Below are positions 1-13,143 of a stretch of 64,000 nucleotides of DNA, one piece after another; position 1 is the stretch's first letter, and each line of letters opens with the position of its first letter. Made by a program: the position numbers and the translations under genes. Location: contig CM120648.1 of assembly GCA_051362555.1 (NCBI GenBank), positions 5,824,587 to 5,888,586 on the forward strand, written 5' to 3'. A model generated the notes under the pieces. It was not told the DNA's origin. It did not search any database and saw nothing but the letters and a program-made list of their open reading frames with translations. Source of the DNA: Lingula anatina (Eukaryota; Animalia; Brachiopoda).

Positions 1-2412
1 GCGATCAAATATACTATGTTTGGGGGGGTGGGGGGGGGGTGCAGGGCCGTTTTTTTTTTCCGCTCAGGCAACCCAATCTTAACCAGCAGCAGCAACTGAT
101 TTCCTGGCGCACAGTTGCGTAAATGTACGCATTTGAAAAGCGTGTACGTTTTGTCATCTTCAAACAAACGCAAGAGATAGGTAATCTAGAGTAAACCGAA
201 AAGGCAGTTTTTATAATCGTTCAAGGGACTGGAAGATCATCAATGGGAGATAGTGAGCGATCTGAGCGCGATAATAAGCCAATTTCCACACTAGTTCAAG
301 GGACTTCGTTACTATATTCGTCAGCAAGAGATCGTCAGCGATCCGAGCAAGCATAGAAGCTTGGACTTTTTGTCCATGCTAGAAGGCAATTTTCATGTAG
401 TCAGCAGGATATGGTTTGCTGGTTTGCGACAGGGGTGTAACCAGGCATACGCATGGATACACTGTGCGTATATAATTTTTTGGCCAACCATGATATTATT
501 CTCTATAAATCTAGTGTACTTTTCAAGGAATATTATCGAAAATCCCCGTCGATTATAAGTTAATGTCACCTGAATGTACAAATTCTCTGTATAATTTATA
601 TATGCACCATTGTTCTGACACCCTTCTCGTTAGCTTTCACAGAACTGAGGTAAACAATACTAGTTACCATCTGAAGTCCGATCTTAATCGTCCATCTAGC
701 TGGAACTTGCTTTACCTCTTAATTAGAGGGTAAAGTGCCCTTCAGCTCACAGGTAGCTTTTGTCTTGAGTGTATCGAACGCGATATTTATCTCAGATAAA
801 AATCTACCCGTGTATTATTTCAAAGAGCTGCTCCAGCAGACCTGGGGGCACTAGATAAATCTGATCATCGGGATAAACAAGGAGCCAGAGAAACAAAGGA
901 AGATTGATTTTTCCTGCAAAGTTTCAAAGAATTTTGACACGGACTTGATCCAGCTTAACCCTCCAAACTAACAGGGTGGCATGGGCAATTTTTACAAAAT
1001 TTACAAACAATTATACTTACATATATTACAATTTTATCCTTTAATATAATTTTGGGAGGCATGCACCCGCATGTAAGCTGGGTGATGTCAGTAAGCCCCT
1101 AGTTAAATAAATATACCCTTATGAGCAAGGCTTTTCCCAGCGAACCGTCCAGCCGTCATTTGGACGGCCGCTGACATCACCGGACAGCCTATATTTTCAA
1201 AGACGGCTAGACGGCTTGCGACTTTTCTTTTAATGACGTCTTGGCTTGTCGGGACAGCCGTGGACGTTGTAAGAAATTTTCTTAGAGTAATTTGACGTAC
1301 CTAGCTTTTATGATGCACACAGATGAATGGTACTACTTTGTAGTGTACGCTGATATTCAGTCACGACGAAACTACTTCCTAAAGCTTACAAAACACAATA
1401 AAATGTTTCTATGAACCTTAAGATACACATTCCACGCCGTATCCACGCGATATTATGCAGCAGTGACAAGAGTGACCTTCATGCGGTACAAAACACTAAG
1501 AAAACTACAGGCCAATTTGTGAAAGGGGACACCTTCCGGACCTTCATACGCACGGCAACTGACAAAGCTGATTGACAAAAAGGAAAATTTCAAATTTTCA
1601 GCGAGAGATCGTTCGCAATCCGAGAGAGACCAGGAGGCAATTTTCATATTTGTTAAAGAGACTTCGTAAGCCAAAGGGCGAGACGAGAACGCAATTTTCG
1701 TATCATCAGCGTCGCAATCCGAGTGAAACGAGAAAGCTCATACTCGTTCAGTGGCTTTCGTTTGCGGCAGATCGTCAGCCGGAGATCGTTCTCGATTGTT
1801 TTTAACCCTCCATCCCTCCCCATCGGAATTTATAATTTTTAAAAATATTTTTCATTTCATTTGTACATTTCAAGGGACCTCATTAGCGGAAGATCGTCAG
1901 CGGGAGATTGTGAACGATCTGAGCGAGACAAGAAAGCAATAATGGTAATCTTTATTGCAGCTCTTAATATTGCTCTTTTGTTCTGTTACTGAAGTCTCTA
2001 CTGTTAACAATGCTATTGTGCGCCTCAGCAAAACTACCGATCGCTATCTCACACCGAATACTGCGGTAAAGAAACAACAGCCCGACAGTACAACTCTTAA
2101 TAGATTCTCCTGTTATCTGAATGAATGGATATGACGATGTTGTTTAGCGTCCTAAACTAACTGTACTGATCGTTATCTTGCACCTTGGGCCGCACACGTA
2201 GTACTCAGGTAAAGGTACGCTAGGGCAACATTGCCGACTGATCTTTACATCTTTACAAGCGCGAGAATAGCCCGGTGGCCGATTTTAAGGTGTACGAAAT
2301 TCACGAAATCAAGATCGCGCAAAATTGCTTACTGGCCGAAATTCATGGTCCAGAAAAAACTCCAGACGGCCGATTTTAAGAGCCGTTCGAAATTCATGGC
2401 ACTTTACCGTAT
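1..2412. mobile_element. CpG-rich block of probable transposon-derived or nested repeat sequence (unclassified)
   Basis: Recurrent GAGATCGTCAGCGATCYGAGCGAGA-like motif (about 246, 327, 1604, 1770, 1890). GGCCGATTTTAAG and GAAATTCATGG repeats at 2277-2400 end in CACTTTACCGTA. No transposase ORF is recognisable. Confidence 0.5.
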
Positions 2413-2645
2413 ACATGTTATTCTCCCTATTGGTAAACCAAAACTAACCATGTGACCAGTGATCATGTGACCTGCAATCATGTGACCTCTTTTGTCGTTA
2501 TTATTATAATTCATTTTGTAAGTGGTTAGTTCTAGTTCTAGTTCTAGTTCTAGTTTTTTTAAAGATGAGTACATATTACTAATAGTGAACTGCCACCTTT
2601 ATATGAATAAAAGTATTATTGAATATTTTTTCTTGAATTTCATAA

Positions 2646-2681
<36 letters not shown>

Positions 2682-5600
2682 ATTATTATTATTACAGCAA
2701 TGCAGCAATGTCAGGATGACATATCCTACAGGCTGAGCTGTTCTAAACTTAGGTCAACCTTTATGGCAGCAGAAGAGTTACTTGAGAGACATACAAGAAG
2801 TGACAGGCCCCCACTTAGCATTACCTTAGTCTTCTTTTTCTGGGGATAAATGATGTACTTGAATTAGCACAACATTTTCCTTCCTAAGTATTCACTGTGA
2901 GAGTAGTATACATCATTTACTGTCTCAGGTTTTTTTTTTGTCTTTTTTTTAATCATTATTGAGTTAAAGATGATCATATTTCCCAGACCTAAGAATTAAG
3001 TAAGCTTGAGGTTGTCCTTTCTCATTGTGCGCTCTTCTTTAATGTTTTTGTTACAAAATAACATTTGTGTAAAATACCCTTTCATCAAGTTTGCTTCTTC
3101 GCTGCCTTTCAACATTTGATCATCTTTGCTCTTTGAAGGTTACAAAGAGAAAAAATGTAATTGAACTCGACAGCGCGACTTTTCCTGCATGTGAAAAGAT
3201 TTTGTAGCAACATCCTTTTACCTCTTGGGAAATGTTGTCCCACTTTGTTACTTTATCTCCCTACTTGAATTATCAGCTGGTTTACATGTGTGTACTGATA
3301 CCATGCTAATTGTCTGTCTGCGGCAAAGGCCAGGTACAGGTAAAACAGATATGATGGTTTTGACTTTTACTGCCAACTTCAACTATATCAGAATCTGTCA
3401 AATTTAGGGTTCAGGGTTAAGAAATTAATTCTGCATTTTCCCATTTATAACTGCTTCTCATGTCAGTGGCAGTATTTCATCAACATATTTTCTAGAAATG
3501 TTGTAGCATCAAAAAGTCAGTGCCACAGAAATGATCTTTCTTGGCTACAGTGGTATATGTGGGGACACGTACCTCCCTCCCCCCCCCCCTAAAACCCTTG
3601 ATGATCAGGGCAATATCACAATGAATTTATCCACCTAGCTACCCTTGTTTCCCACATACTCAAATAATCACCAACTTTTCTGTATTCTACTCGATTTACA
3701 TTGAAGTTTGTGAAAGGGAGTAAACCCACTCCCTTTACTGAAATTGCATTTTAGGAACAGGACCTTGCATACCAGTGTTTGCCTTGCATTAATTATCATC
3801 TCTTCTTTTAAAACTTGATATAAATATATTATGTTGCCAACCATTTAGAACATCTTGCATTGCATGTGATGAAATGCAGTGCTTAATTACTTCTTATTCA
3901 ACAAACTAGATTGAATGAAGAACCAAATACCAAAAGCTTAAGCTGTTCAATAAGGCAGTTCATAAAACTGTGCTTGACATGTCAGAATGTCACAAAGAGT
4001 CTTCCCTGAACAGGGACAATTTTAAATTAAATTAAATTCAATTTGGCAGATTCTAAAGATATAGAGAAGGGTTGAAAATGAAAAAATGAGTGACAAGGAT
4101 TGGCCGGGAAAAGGAGGGGGGAGGGAGGGGAGGAGAGGACACAATTTACAGTTTGCCATTTTTGACAGTTGTCATCCAAAACTTGACTTTTTGGACATGC
4201 TTGACTAAACTAAATAATTTCAATTTATATGCTGAACAAAAATTTATGAACCAAATACCAAAAGAACCAAAAATAAAACAAATCTGAAAAACTTGAACAT
4301 CATACCATGGGATACCATCACGTTTCTGCCACTATTAGATTTCAGTCAAGCAAACTTGATCTCCCGTTATCTTCTTATTACTGTAGTCTGCGATCATCTC
4401 AAATTTGGCCTTGAATGACCTTGTGGTCTACTGATAGCTTTGGAGGCATTTTGATGTCTTCTTGTTTATGTCAAAACAACTTGAGAGGAGAGAGAAGAGG
4501 AAATGCTTCGATTAGGAAAGGGAGGAGGGAGTTGGTACTGAGAATTATCAACAAAATCTCCTCAGGGTCAGGGATGAGACTGCAAATTAATGAGAAACTG
4601 GGTAAATATGGCACGGGGTCCAGGGGGCCACCTACACCAAGGATACCTATGGCTCCCAAAAAGTCAGAAATTTGCTGATAGTCAGAAAAATCTCATACCT
4701 GCAGGATGGAGGTTATTTCAACCCCACCCCACCTCTCCTCCTCCTCTGCCTACAAGCCTAAATCCAAACACAGCAAAAATGGGGTCTCCTTATACTGGGA
4801 TACTGAGGCCAAAAGCTGGAATATGTATATTTTTTACATAAATTAATCTTTTTACTTTCTCTTTTGTTTGTAAAGTCTACATAACATATTTTATGAATAT
4901 TAGATACTAAATAAATAAATATATTATTATTATTAAATCGAGTTTTGTAAACCATGAACTTTTCAATGCCATGACAAATGCATCCTACTCCTTGAGAAAA
5001 ATGCAGTCCACCTTCAAGGCTAACACTTGAGTTCATCTAAAACCTAAATTAACCAATGAGATTGGACAGAGGCATTTGCTGCGCATACCACCCTGCTAAG
5101 TTCACATATGTTCATGGTTTGAGTGATGTTCACTAGGTGATGAACAACTTAATTTAGGATATTGGACATAAAAGTGTTAAGTGGCACATTGCAGGAAAAA
5201 ATCCTGCAGCTATGTTTTTTATATGATCAGCTGATGTGTATAACAATCACTTCAGAATCAGACATATCCTGAACAAAAAGTTTTCACAAACGGCAAAAAA
5301 AGGGGGACACAATTTTCCTAAATTCTAATTTTTACTGTCAATTAAGACGTATTACTGAAAAAAGTCATCATTAGTGATGTCAAACAAATCAAGTGAAAGC
5401 TAGCAAGAAGAACAAGCTCTTTTTATAAATTACAATAATAATCTCCAAAATTAATAATAAACCAAACCAATACATGTTCAGTGGGGTGTTGCCCTCCATG
5501 TTTGAAAGAACTGCCCTTTGCCAGTAAAGGTCTACTGTGATTCAAAATTTGGATAGATACTAGATACTTTTTGTCCAGATACTATGTCAGGTTAGTCCAA

Positions 5601-8490
5601 CAAAGAGGGTAAAAATGTCCTTATTTTCCGAAAAAGAACTCCTGTTTGAAGTTGCTGCCCATAGCCAGGCAAAACAGTGAAATGAAAAAATGAAGTCAAC
5701 TTCCACTAGGTGTCATTTTTGACATAGATATCAGTTTTATACCATAACAGTAGGGAGGTATTCAGAGTGCTTAAGAAATCAAAATAACTTCCTCTAAAAT
5801 CTTTCCACCCACTGTCAGACGTTATTCTGTTTTAACCAGCATATTAAGACAAACAATAGTTCTGCTCATTTTCAGTTGGCATATTTGGCAACTCTGAGTC
5901 CTGGAAATATGTCCACGTCAACAACATAAGAAAACATGTCAAATAGTTTCCTGATTTGTCAATCAAAGTGACAGGGAGATCTGCGCATTCCCTTTCCTCT
6001 ATTTTAAAAAGCCTCTCTTCGCTATAACCAGCTTGGCTATTGAATTCCTATGTTTACCTATAATTATCACATAGGTGTGAAATGCCTATCTCCCTACATA
6101 TCCTGTAAGTACTCTAATAATCCCATGTGGCCAAATATTATCCGTTATTATTGCTGTTCACTGACTTATCACCACTGGCCAGTTCCACACAAAAAAAATT
6201 AACATCAGAAATTGGTCTGAATTTAATGACTAGAAATTTTGGTCAAACTACTTCATTTCAGGATAAACTATAGAGGGGTAAAGTATCAGAGTTGCCAACA
6301 TGACAGTACTTGAAATGCTTAGATCTCCTATCTAATATCTTATAAACAATCGAACAACACCAATTAACCTGTCCTTAATAGTATAGAGAATATGTGTATA
6401 GAGCTAACTTTTGAAAAATTAATTGGTACCTATTCTAAACTGTGACCTGTCCAGTGAAACGTTTTCATATATCGCTTGTATATTAGTTTGCCCCAAAGGC
6501 TGTGACTGATCCGAAATCTAAATTAACAAAATTTTCAATTACGGTATGTCTCATGTCCAACATCTGATAAATCATCTCACCTTCAATTTGGCCTAGCTGT
6601 CCTACATCCTTCAAAAACACAGGTACATATCACAACATCCAAACATGTATTACTCTGCTCTTAAAGCTTTGTTGATTCCGATACTTTGAAGACATTTGCA
6701 TCTATTTGACCTGTGCCCATGTGATACAAGTGATGTATCTTGAAAGGTCCAGGTAAGACGAGTTCTCTACCAGGTCAAAGGTCCAGGTAAGGCAGGTTCT
6801 CTGCTCGGTTAATAGGGGTAAGACTGGGTGCAGTGTCATTGTACTGTCATAGTGTACACATAATGAAATGGTTGCTTTTCCTGTTTCGTCACCTAACTTA
6901 GCAAAAACAAATCTTTCTTGAGCACAGTATTTCCCCACACATCGGCTTCTTAGGGCTCACTCCCAATAAAACTATCGCTCTACACAGATCAATCCAACTC
7001 CGCGGGGACTCTGGCTGAATGCAATCAGATTAACAGATCAACAGAATTCCTCTTGAACTCTTATAATCACCAGCTTTTCTGTATTCTACTCAATGTGAAG
7101 AGGAGGTGTCTTAAACTGTTTGCATTTAGCGAGTGAATCTGTATAGTTGGATTCATTTACATAAACCGTTGGCATCAATGGAAATGAGCCCTTAGTTTAT
7201 TCTAAGTTTCTATCATGCTACATCCTGCATTTCTCTTCTTAAATCAACTCTGAAACAAGTACAACTCAAAAGCACTAGTACCATAACCACTGAAATTACA
7301 TTATTACAAAACAATGAATGCATGACTTGGATTAGACGATGACAAAATGTGAAATAACGACCCAGTAATGAGATCAAACCTGTGACCTTGTGCAATGTAA
7401 TACATTCTGAATTGCAATTTTTATGATTAATTATGGCACAAAACAATAGCTTCTAATCTTTCATATTAATTCACATATAACATAATACCACTGTCCTATA
7501 TGTATACCAGCACTGAGTGGCACTTACCAGGAACCTGTTTGACTGGGTTCCCATCCCTAGATCGATCTAACAGGATCGGCCCATCTCCATAGGGTTTCTC
7601 GCTAAATTGCTTTCAGTGTAAGTGGCTTAGATGACTAGGATGCCTACTAAAGCTGCTAAACGATAGTAAATTACTTCCTATCAGCTTCAGTAGGTGTGAC
7701 AGACATCTAAGCCTCTTTAGTTAATTGCAGTTAAGTGAGAATCCCCTTGGAGATAGTTCGATCCAAAGTTAGTACGACAGGGTCTGGAAATGGTCTCTAA
7801 GTCTACTTGTTTAACTGTAGCAGCTAAAAACAAGTTCTGTAAAGGTACACTGCAGTCCAAGAAAAAAAAAAATTCCTCTTTACCACCGATCAGAAAACAA
7901 TTTAAATAAAAAAGAAGCAAGCTTTATAGTTTTGAAAACATACACATTGCATAATTATCATCACATACTTTTGGAAATACATCAAACCAAAAATTAAACA
8001 GTCAAGCCACTAAGAGCATTTAATCAACCTTATCTGAACAGTCCCATATCTTTGTCTAGAACTCAATAACACGTTCCTGTACATTGACATTATATTTACC
8101 TCACTCACTGAGAGATCCCTTTATCCAGTCTGATGTGACTGCTTGATACACATTAAATATACTGTCCTTAATCTAAAACTACTGACCCTTATATTTAGCA
8201 GAAAAGTCCTCAGTCCTAAATTCCAGTTCTCTGATCCCTTAATTGCCTTTCAAATTCTGTCTAGTTTGGATTTTCCCTTCCATCACCTTAACTTGTTTTA
8301 TTTTTCTTCTCTCTGTGGAATTTACAAGCCTGCAGTCAGCAATTTATTTAAAAGAAGTTCTTTTTTCAGAAAAATCAGTCTTTTTTTAAAACTATATTCA
8401 CCATATCTTCAGTGCAAAAAAATGCACTGCTTTTTAAGATGACATTGTCAGCATACAGCAATGCACCCTTATTGCTAAAAGGCTAGCCTA

Positions 8491-8749
8491 AGGCTTCGTT
8501 CACATGCAATGTCTACTTTCTAAATTCTATTTTCTATTCGCGGTATGTCTTATGATCACTGTCTGTGCCCTGAATATCCCGCGGCGTAATTACTGGCAGC
8601 GCGAGCCAGTTACTGTAAGTTACTATAAGTAACTGGCTCGCGCTGCCAGTAATTACGCGGCGGGATATTCAGGGCACAGACCGTGATCATAAGATAGCGC
8701 GAATAGAAAATAGAATTTAGAAAATAGACATTGCATGTGAACGAAGCCT
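8491..8749. mobile_element. Palindromic (foldback) MITE flanked by TA
   Basis: Arms of about 120 bp are near-perfect inverted repeats (AGGCTTCGTTCACATGCAATGTCTA...TAGACATTGCATGTGAACGAAGCCT) with a short spacer. TA on both sides; CpG-rich. Confidence 0.88.
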
Positions 8750-11700
8750 TACTGTGCATGGATTTTCACATTTTCTAGTCTCGTATGACATCAGGCAGTG
8801 CTGACTTTGATGGTTTTCGTTGATGATTTGACTATATTCACTAACGTCTTTCTCGCTGATTTGCTCATGGAGCTGAGGCTATCTATCTTCTGACACCTGT
8901 AAAAACGTTCTCTACCGCTGCTCACTGGTCAGAATTATCCCAAGTCTAGTACATATAGATGTCTAGCAGCTGTTCAGGATCATTCCATCTCTATATATGC
9001 TGTCTATATTCAAATATTAACATGATGAATAATTATTTTTCGTCTTCTATCTTACCCCTCCACTCCCTCCCTTGGCATCCTACTAAAAACGGACCAAAAG
9101 TCCTAGCACTTATTTTCCAGGGTTTTCAAGGGGCACCTGTCTCTTCATGACATACCACACATGTTGTCCAGTCATGACACGCCACACCTGGGCTTTAGCC
9201 ACAGTACTGTACATATAGTAAACTATGTAGTATACTTGCTACACAAACCACGGGGCTGACAGTAAATGCCACAGTTGTCTTGTATGTTTATTTTCTACCA
9301 CACAGAATTCCTGGCATCAGATGGTCAGGTATGGTAATCACTCCATCTTTTCAATGGGCAGGGGGGGAGGGGGGGACTTCACTGGTTGTGAAGAGTAGAT
9401 CCATAAGGAAAATATGGCAACCTTGTGACAATGCTTTATACAGATGAAGTTGAAGTTTAAAGCATGAAAGGTCCAGAGAGAAGTTTTTTTCTATTTTTTT
9501 AACCTAATTTTGCCTCTTTTTGTGGGTTGGTGGGGGAGTACGTAGACATATGGAACATACTGTAATTTCTCAATCTTTTCCAGTTTAGCTTGACCAGATA
9601 TGGTAATAATAAGAGCCAGTGGCTAGCACCCGTAGTGCCTTACTCCATGTATACAATATGTTGAATAATCCTCAGTATAATCACACAGTATATAGCACAG
9701 GTAAACTCAGGTGTAAATAGAGAAGGGACATGCACCTCCCAGTGTTAAGTATTGTCACCTCTTAATGTATCTGTTAATCAGGCTACTCTAAATGGGTGTA
9801 TTTTGAGTGGACAGGGTCAAAGGTTAATTACTCCTGCTCCACCCAGCTCTATTAAACTAGCTCACAGGTAGAGCACAGGTAAACACCTGTAGATGGAAGC
9901 TGTTAATAAGAGCATCTATGTCTGGGATGCCCATCACTGGATGAAGCCTGGACTCTCCGAGTTTATCAAGGGCTCTCCTATGTTATAAGAGCCTGATGGA
10001 CCTGAAAGACAGCTTTAAAGGCCCCCTAACTATACAGAACCCCACCTAATTATGAACAGTATCACCCTTTCTACACAATTTACAGACTTATGGTGCCCTC
10101 CCCAACCCCTTACAAATTTCTTCATAACCCACCTATATACATGTACAATGTACATCGCACAATCTTAACAATATATTTCAAGTTTATCAACATACACAAT
10201 TACCCACTCTGCCACAAATTTTGAACAACTAATAAAAGTTAAACAGTGTCACCAGTTGGATGGCGACCATTAATTCTTTAAACACAACCAGCAAATCCTG
10301 AAGGTTTTCCTTATTCATAATCAAGAGCAGCTTACTGCCCTTGTACATTTTACAAAATTTAAGAATTAAACAACCCTGTAATATCTCAGTGTTTACCTAA
10401 TTCTAGAATACCTCAGGGGGACAGGTACAAGGAAAAGGTATGCATTTAATGTCTACTCCTCAACAAAACAACTTACCTGGTCACGCTTTCAAGTGCACTC
10501 ATTTAACTATCTCATAAAATCCTCTCCTGTACAAAATCCATATAATATCTATAACACAGAGCATCTGGACCACATCTCGTCTGTTTTTGTGTCTTAATTC
10601 GCTGTTAATTCTTCATCCTGAGAGACAGTCTCCAATAATGGAGTCCAATACACTACAGACTGGAGCAGTCCAATGCACAGAGCTCTATACTCAGGCAGGT
10701 TGTACTTGGGGGGAAAATGTTAACAAAGCCTGGGAGCCTTTCACACTGTAGTCTTACTATGGCCAAGCCTACATAACACAGGGGAGTCAGAGTGATTCTC
10801 CATTGGACAGGGGGGCACAGAGTCAATATTTTCTCTCTAAACAGCCGTCTTACACTGAAGCTGTAGATTGGGAATCATTGTGTGTAATCTTAGCACATTG
10901 TCTTCTTCTAACAATTCTTATCAAAGCTTGGGCCACACTATAGAGTTGCATGGCCATAAAAAGGCATAGCTAATATACTTTTTACTGTATACAGTGTTGG
11001 GACATGCTATAAAATGGCCAGAGCCCTGGGACAAGGATTTGTATTAGTCATTCCAACTTCTATTGTACCACCTCCCACAACATTGAAGCTTGCAACTTTT
11101 CAGTTTCACCCAAGCAAAAACTAGGTTTTGAATATGTATAGGGTGGCCAGGCTTTATTACTATTGTACACTGAATAGGCCTTAGCTGGGCTTCCTTTGTA
11201 AATATCCTGGCTCCCAAATCTGGATAACTGATGCGGTATACACAAAACACACACCAAGGGTCTGGCTGTGAAGTGTCACAGCTCCTAACTGTGTATTGTC
11301 ATAAATTTCAGACTTCTCTCCCCTGTCATTCAAACGCAATGAGGCAAAACTTTTACATGAATAACAGTTAACTTCTAGCAAAATATTTTGATTTATGAAA
11401 GCAATCTTTGGATATTTGAAAATAGCAAGGTGCAAGAGGATATAAAATAGGTGAAAACAGGAACAAGGAATATGACTCTTTGCGTGGCAAAATGTCTTTC
11501 AAAATGGTTCTTGTTACTTCTGTATTGTTGCTAATTAAGAATGGGGTTAATATAAAAATTTAAAGGGGCAAACCCAGGTGGTCATTAATGTGTCACAGGG
11601 GAGTTATTTTTCTTGTGACAAGAGACATATTATTTGCCATTTTGTAATGTCACTGTTATTTTTTTTCTGACAATGATTTGCATTAATGCTAGCTGGCATC

Positions 11701-12887
11701 AAGAATGTTTTTCTTTTTTTTTTAAGGAGAAAAATATGGCATCAGTGTCTCCACATTAAATTTACAGGGCCAATTTCAAGACAGCAAATTTGACTGCTTT
11801 CAAATTGAAAAATAAAATCAGAATCCTGGATAGAAAAAAGAGACACTGACTCAACAACTGGAATGTGTGTATGTTTACCCCTGTACCACATTAAATACGC
11901 ATACATTTTATCATATTAGGGTACATTCTATCAACTTTCAATTATACCTAGCTATGGGATGCAACTGTTCAATAATTTCAATAATAAAACTGTGGGTATA
12001 TCATTTCATACATTGATGCACTTTAAGCAGGTTCCTTGTTGAAGAGTAGTCAGCAAAAAAAAAAAAAAAACTTCAACAGTCAAAAGTGCTGTCCCACCAA
12101 GCAGGTCTAGCTGTTTGGGGGTGTCTTTGTCTGAAAAATGGATCATTTTACCCCTTTAGCTGACCCAACTCGAAAAATAGCACAGAACCTAGACCAAATT
12201 TTGACTCTTAGTACACTTTTTTGGGGGCCAAAAGGGTGGCTCTTTCCAATCCCCCAGCCCTCCGTTCCCCCTCTCTTTAGGCCTCCTGCCATAAAGTTTG
12301 CTGCCCTGCAACTTGAGACTGTCAATGAGAAGTATAGGAAGGTATCATTTATAGAATTTCACTTCCAAAATACCACTTCAGTCACAAATGGCCCCCGCTT
12401 GCCATTGTACTCCTATTATTGATCTTGTAAATTGTTGTTTAAAAAAAAACTTTTGCCAGCATCCAAACAATGAGGCTTCCATTTCTTCAACAACCCTTAT
12501 ATCGAAACGACTGGTAATTGAAAATAAATTCTTAAGCACTTTTGATTCAAAAGAGATGCTGCGGATGAAGATCGCAGTGAGGGGTTGCATCACTGATGCA
12601 TGGCGACGAGGTAGACAGGTCTATTATAGTTACATTTCCAAGTCAGGTAAACAGCGAAGAATACTGAATATACAACACATCAATTTGGAAAAAAGTTGGA
12701 TGTACTTTAGTCTCCTAAAACCTGTTATTTTCTACATGGTAAAATGTAGCGGGTGCAAATAACAAACAATTCACTTCAAACTGACTACAAAGAAATAAAT
12801 GGGATCAAACCCAGACTTGAGTAGAAGGAAAAAGTGCCATAAAGTTGACTATTTCCTTATACAGCCCCCCACTGGTATATAGACCTA

Positions 12888-13143
12888 TGGTATGATTCAA
12901 TCTTTTCAATGGGCAAAAATTATCCAACTTCCAGATACATCATTTTAATATCATAAAAATTATATTTTTGTATAGCATTTGTGGTGCTTTTAATGCATAG
13001 AATAGAACTCTAAGACAGTCTGTTTTTCAATTTTGTAGCAACCACTCAATAGGAATTCTCTTATTTTAAGAAATTATGACTTAAAAATACAGTATCTGTA
13101 AAATTCACAATTTCCCCCCATTGAAAAGATCGAGTCATTACCG
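12888..13143. mobile_element. TA-flanked MITE family D (TIR ~CGGTAATGACTCGATCTTTTCAATGGG), Tc1/mariner-like
   Basis: Imperfect TIR of about 27 bp with TA on both sides. Colinear homolog at 40804-41052 and a TIR fragment near 9332-9358. Confidence 0.75.

Noticed and set aside
3078-3130. Possible post-RBD exon (SKDDQMLKGSEEANLMK)
   Set aside because: The acceptors nearest the pyrimidine tract give stops in phase 1, and there is no recognisable similarity to PLEKHG5.
3664-7091. ~30-bp direct repeat ATAATCACCARCTTTTCTGTATTCTACTC near 3664 and 7063 (similar small duplication at 42211/42261)
   Set aside because: Too short for LTRs, with no TG...CA ends or internal retroelement ORF. Probably a repeat fragment or local duplication.
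12378-12762. Overlapping ORFs of 71-124 aa
   Set aside because: No domain similarity and no convincing splice sites.
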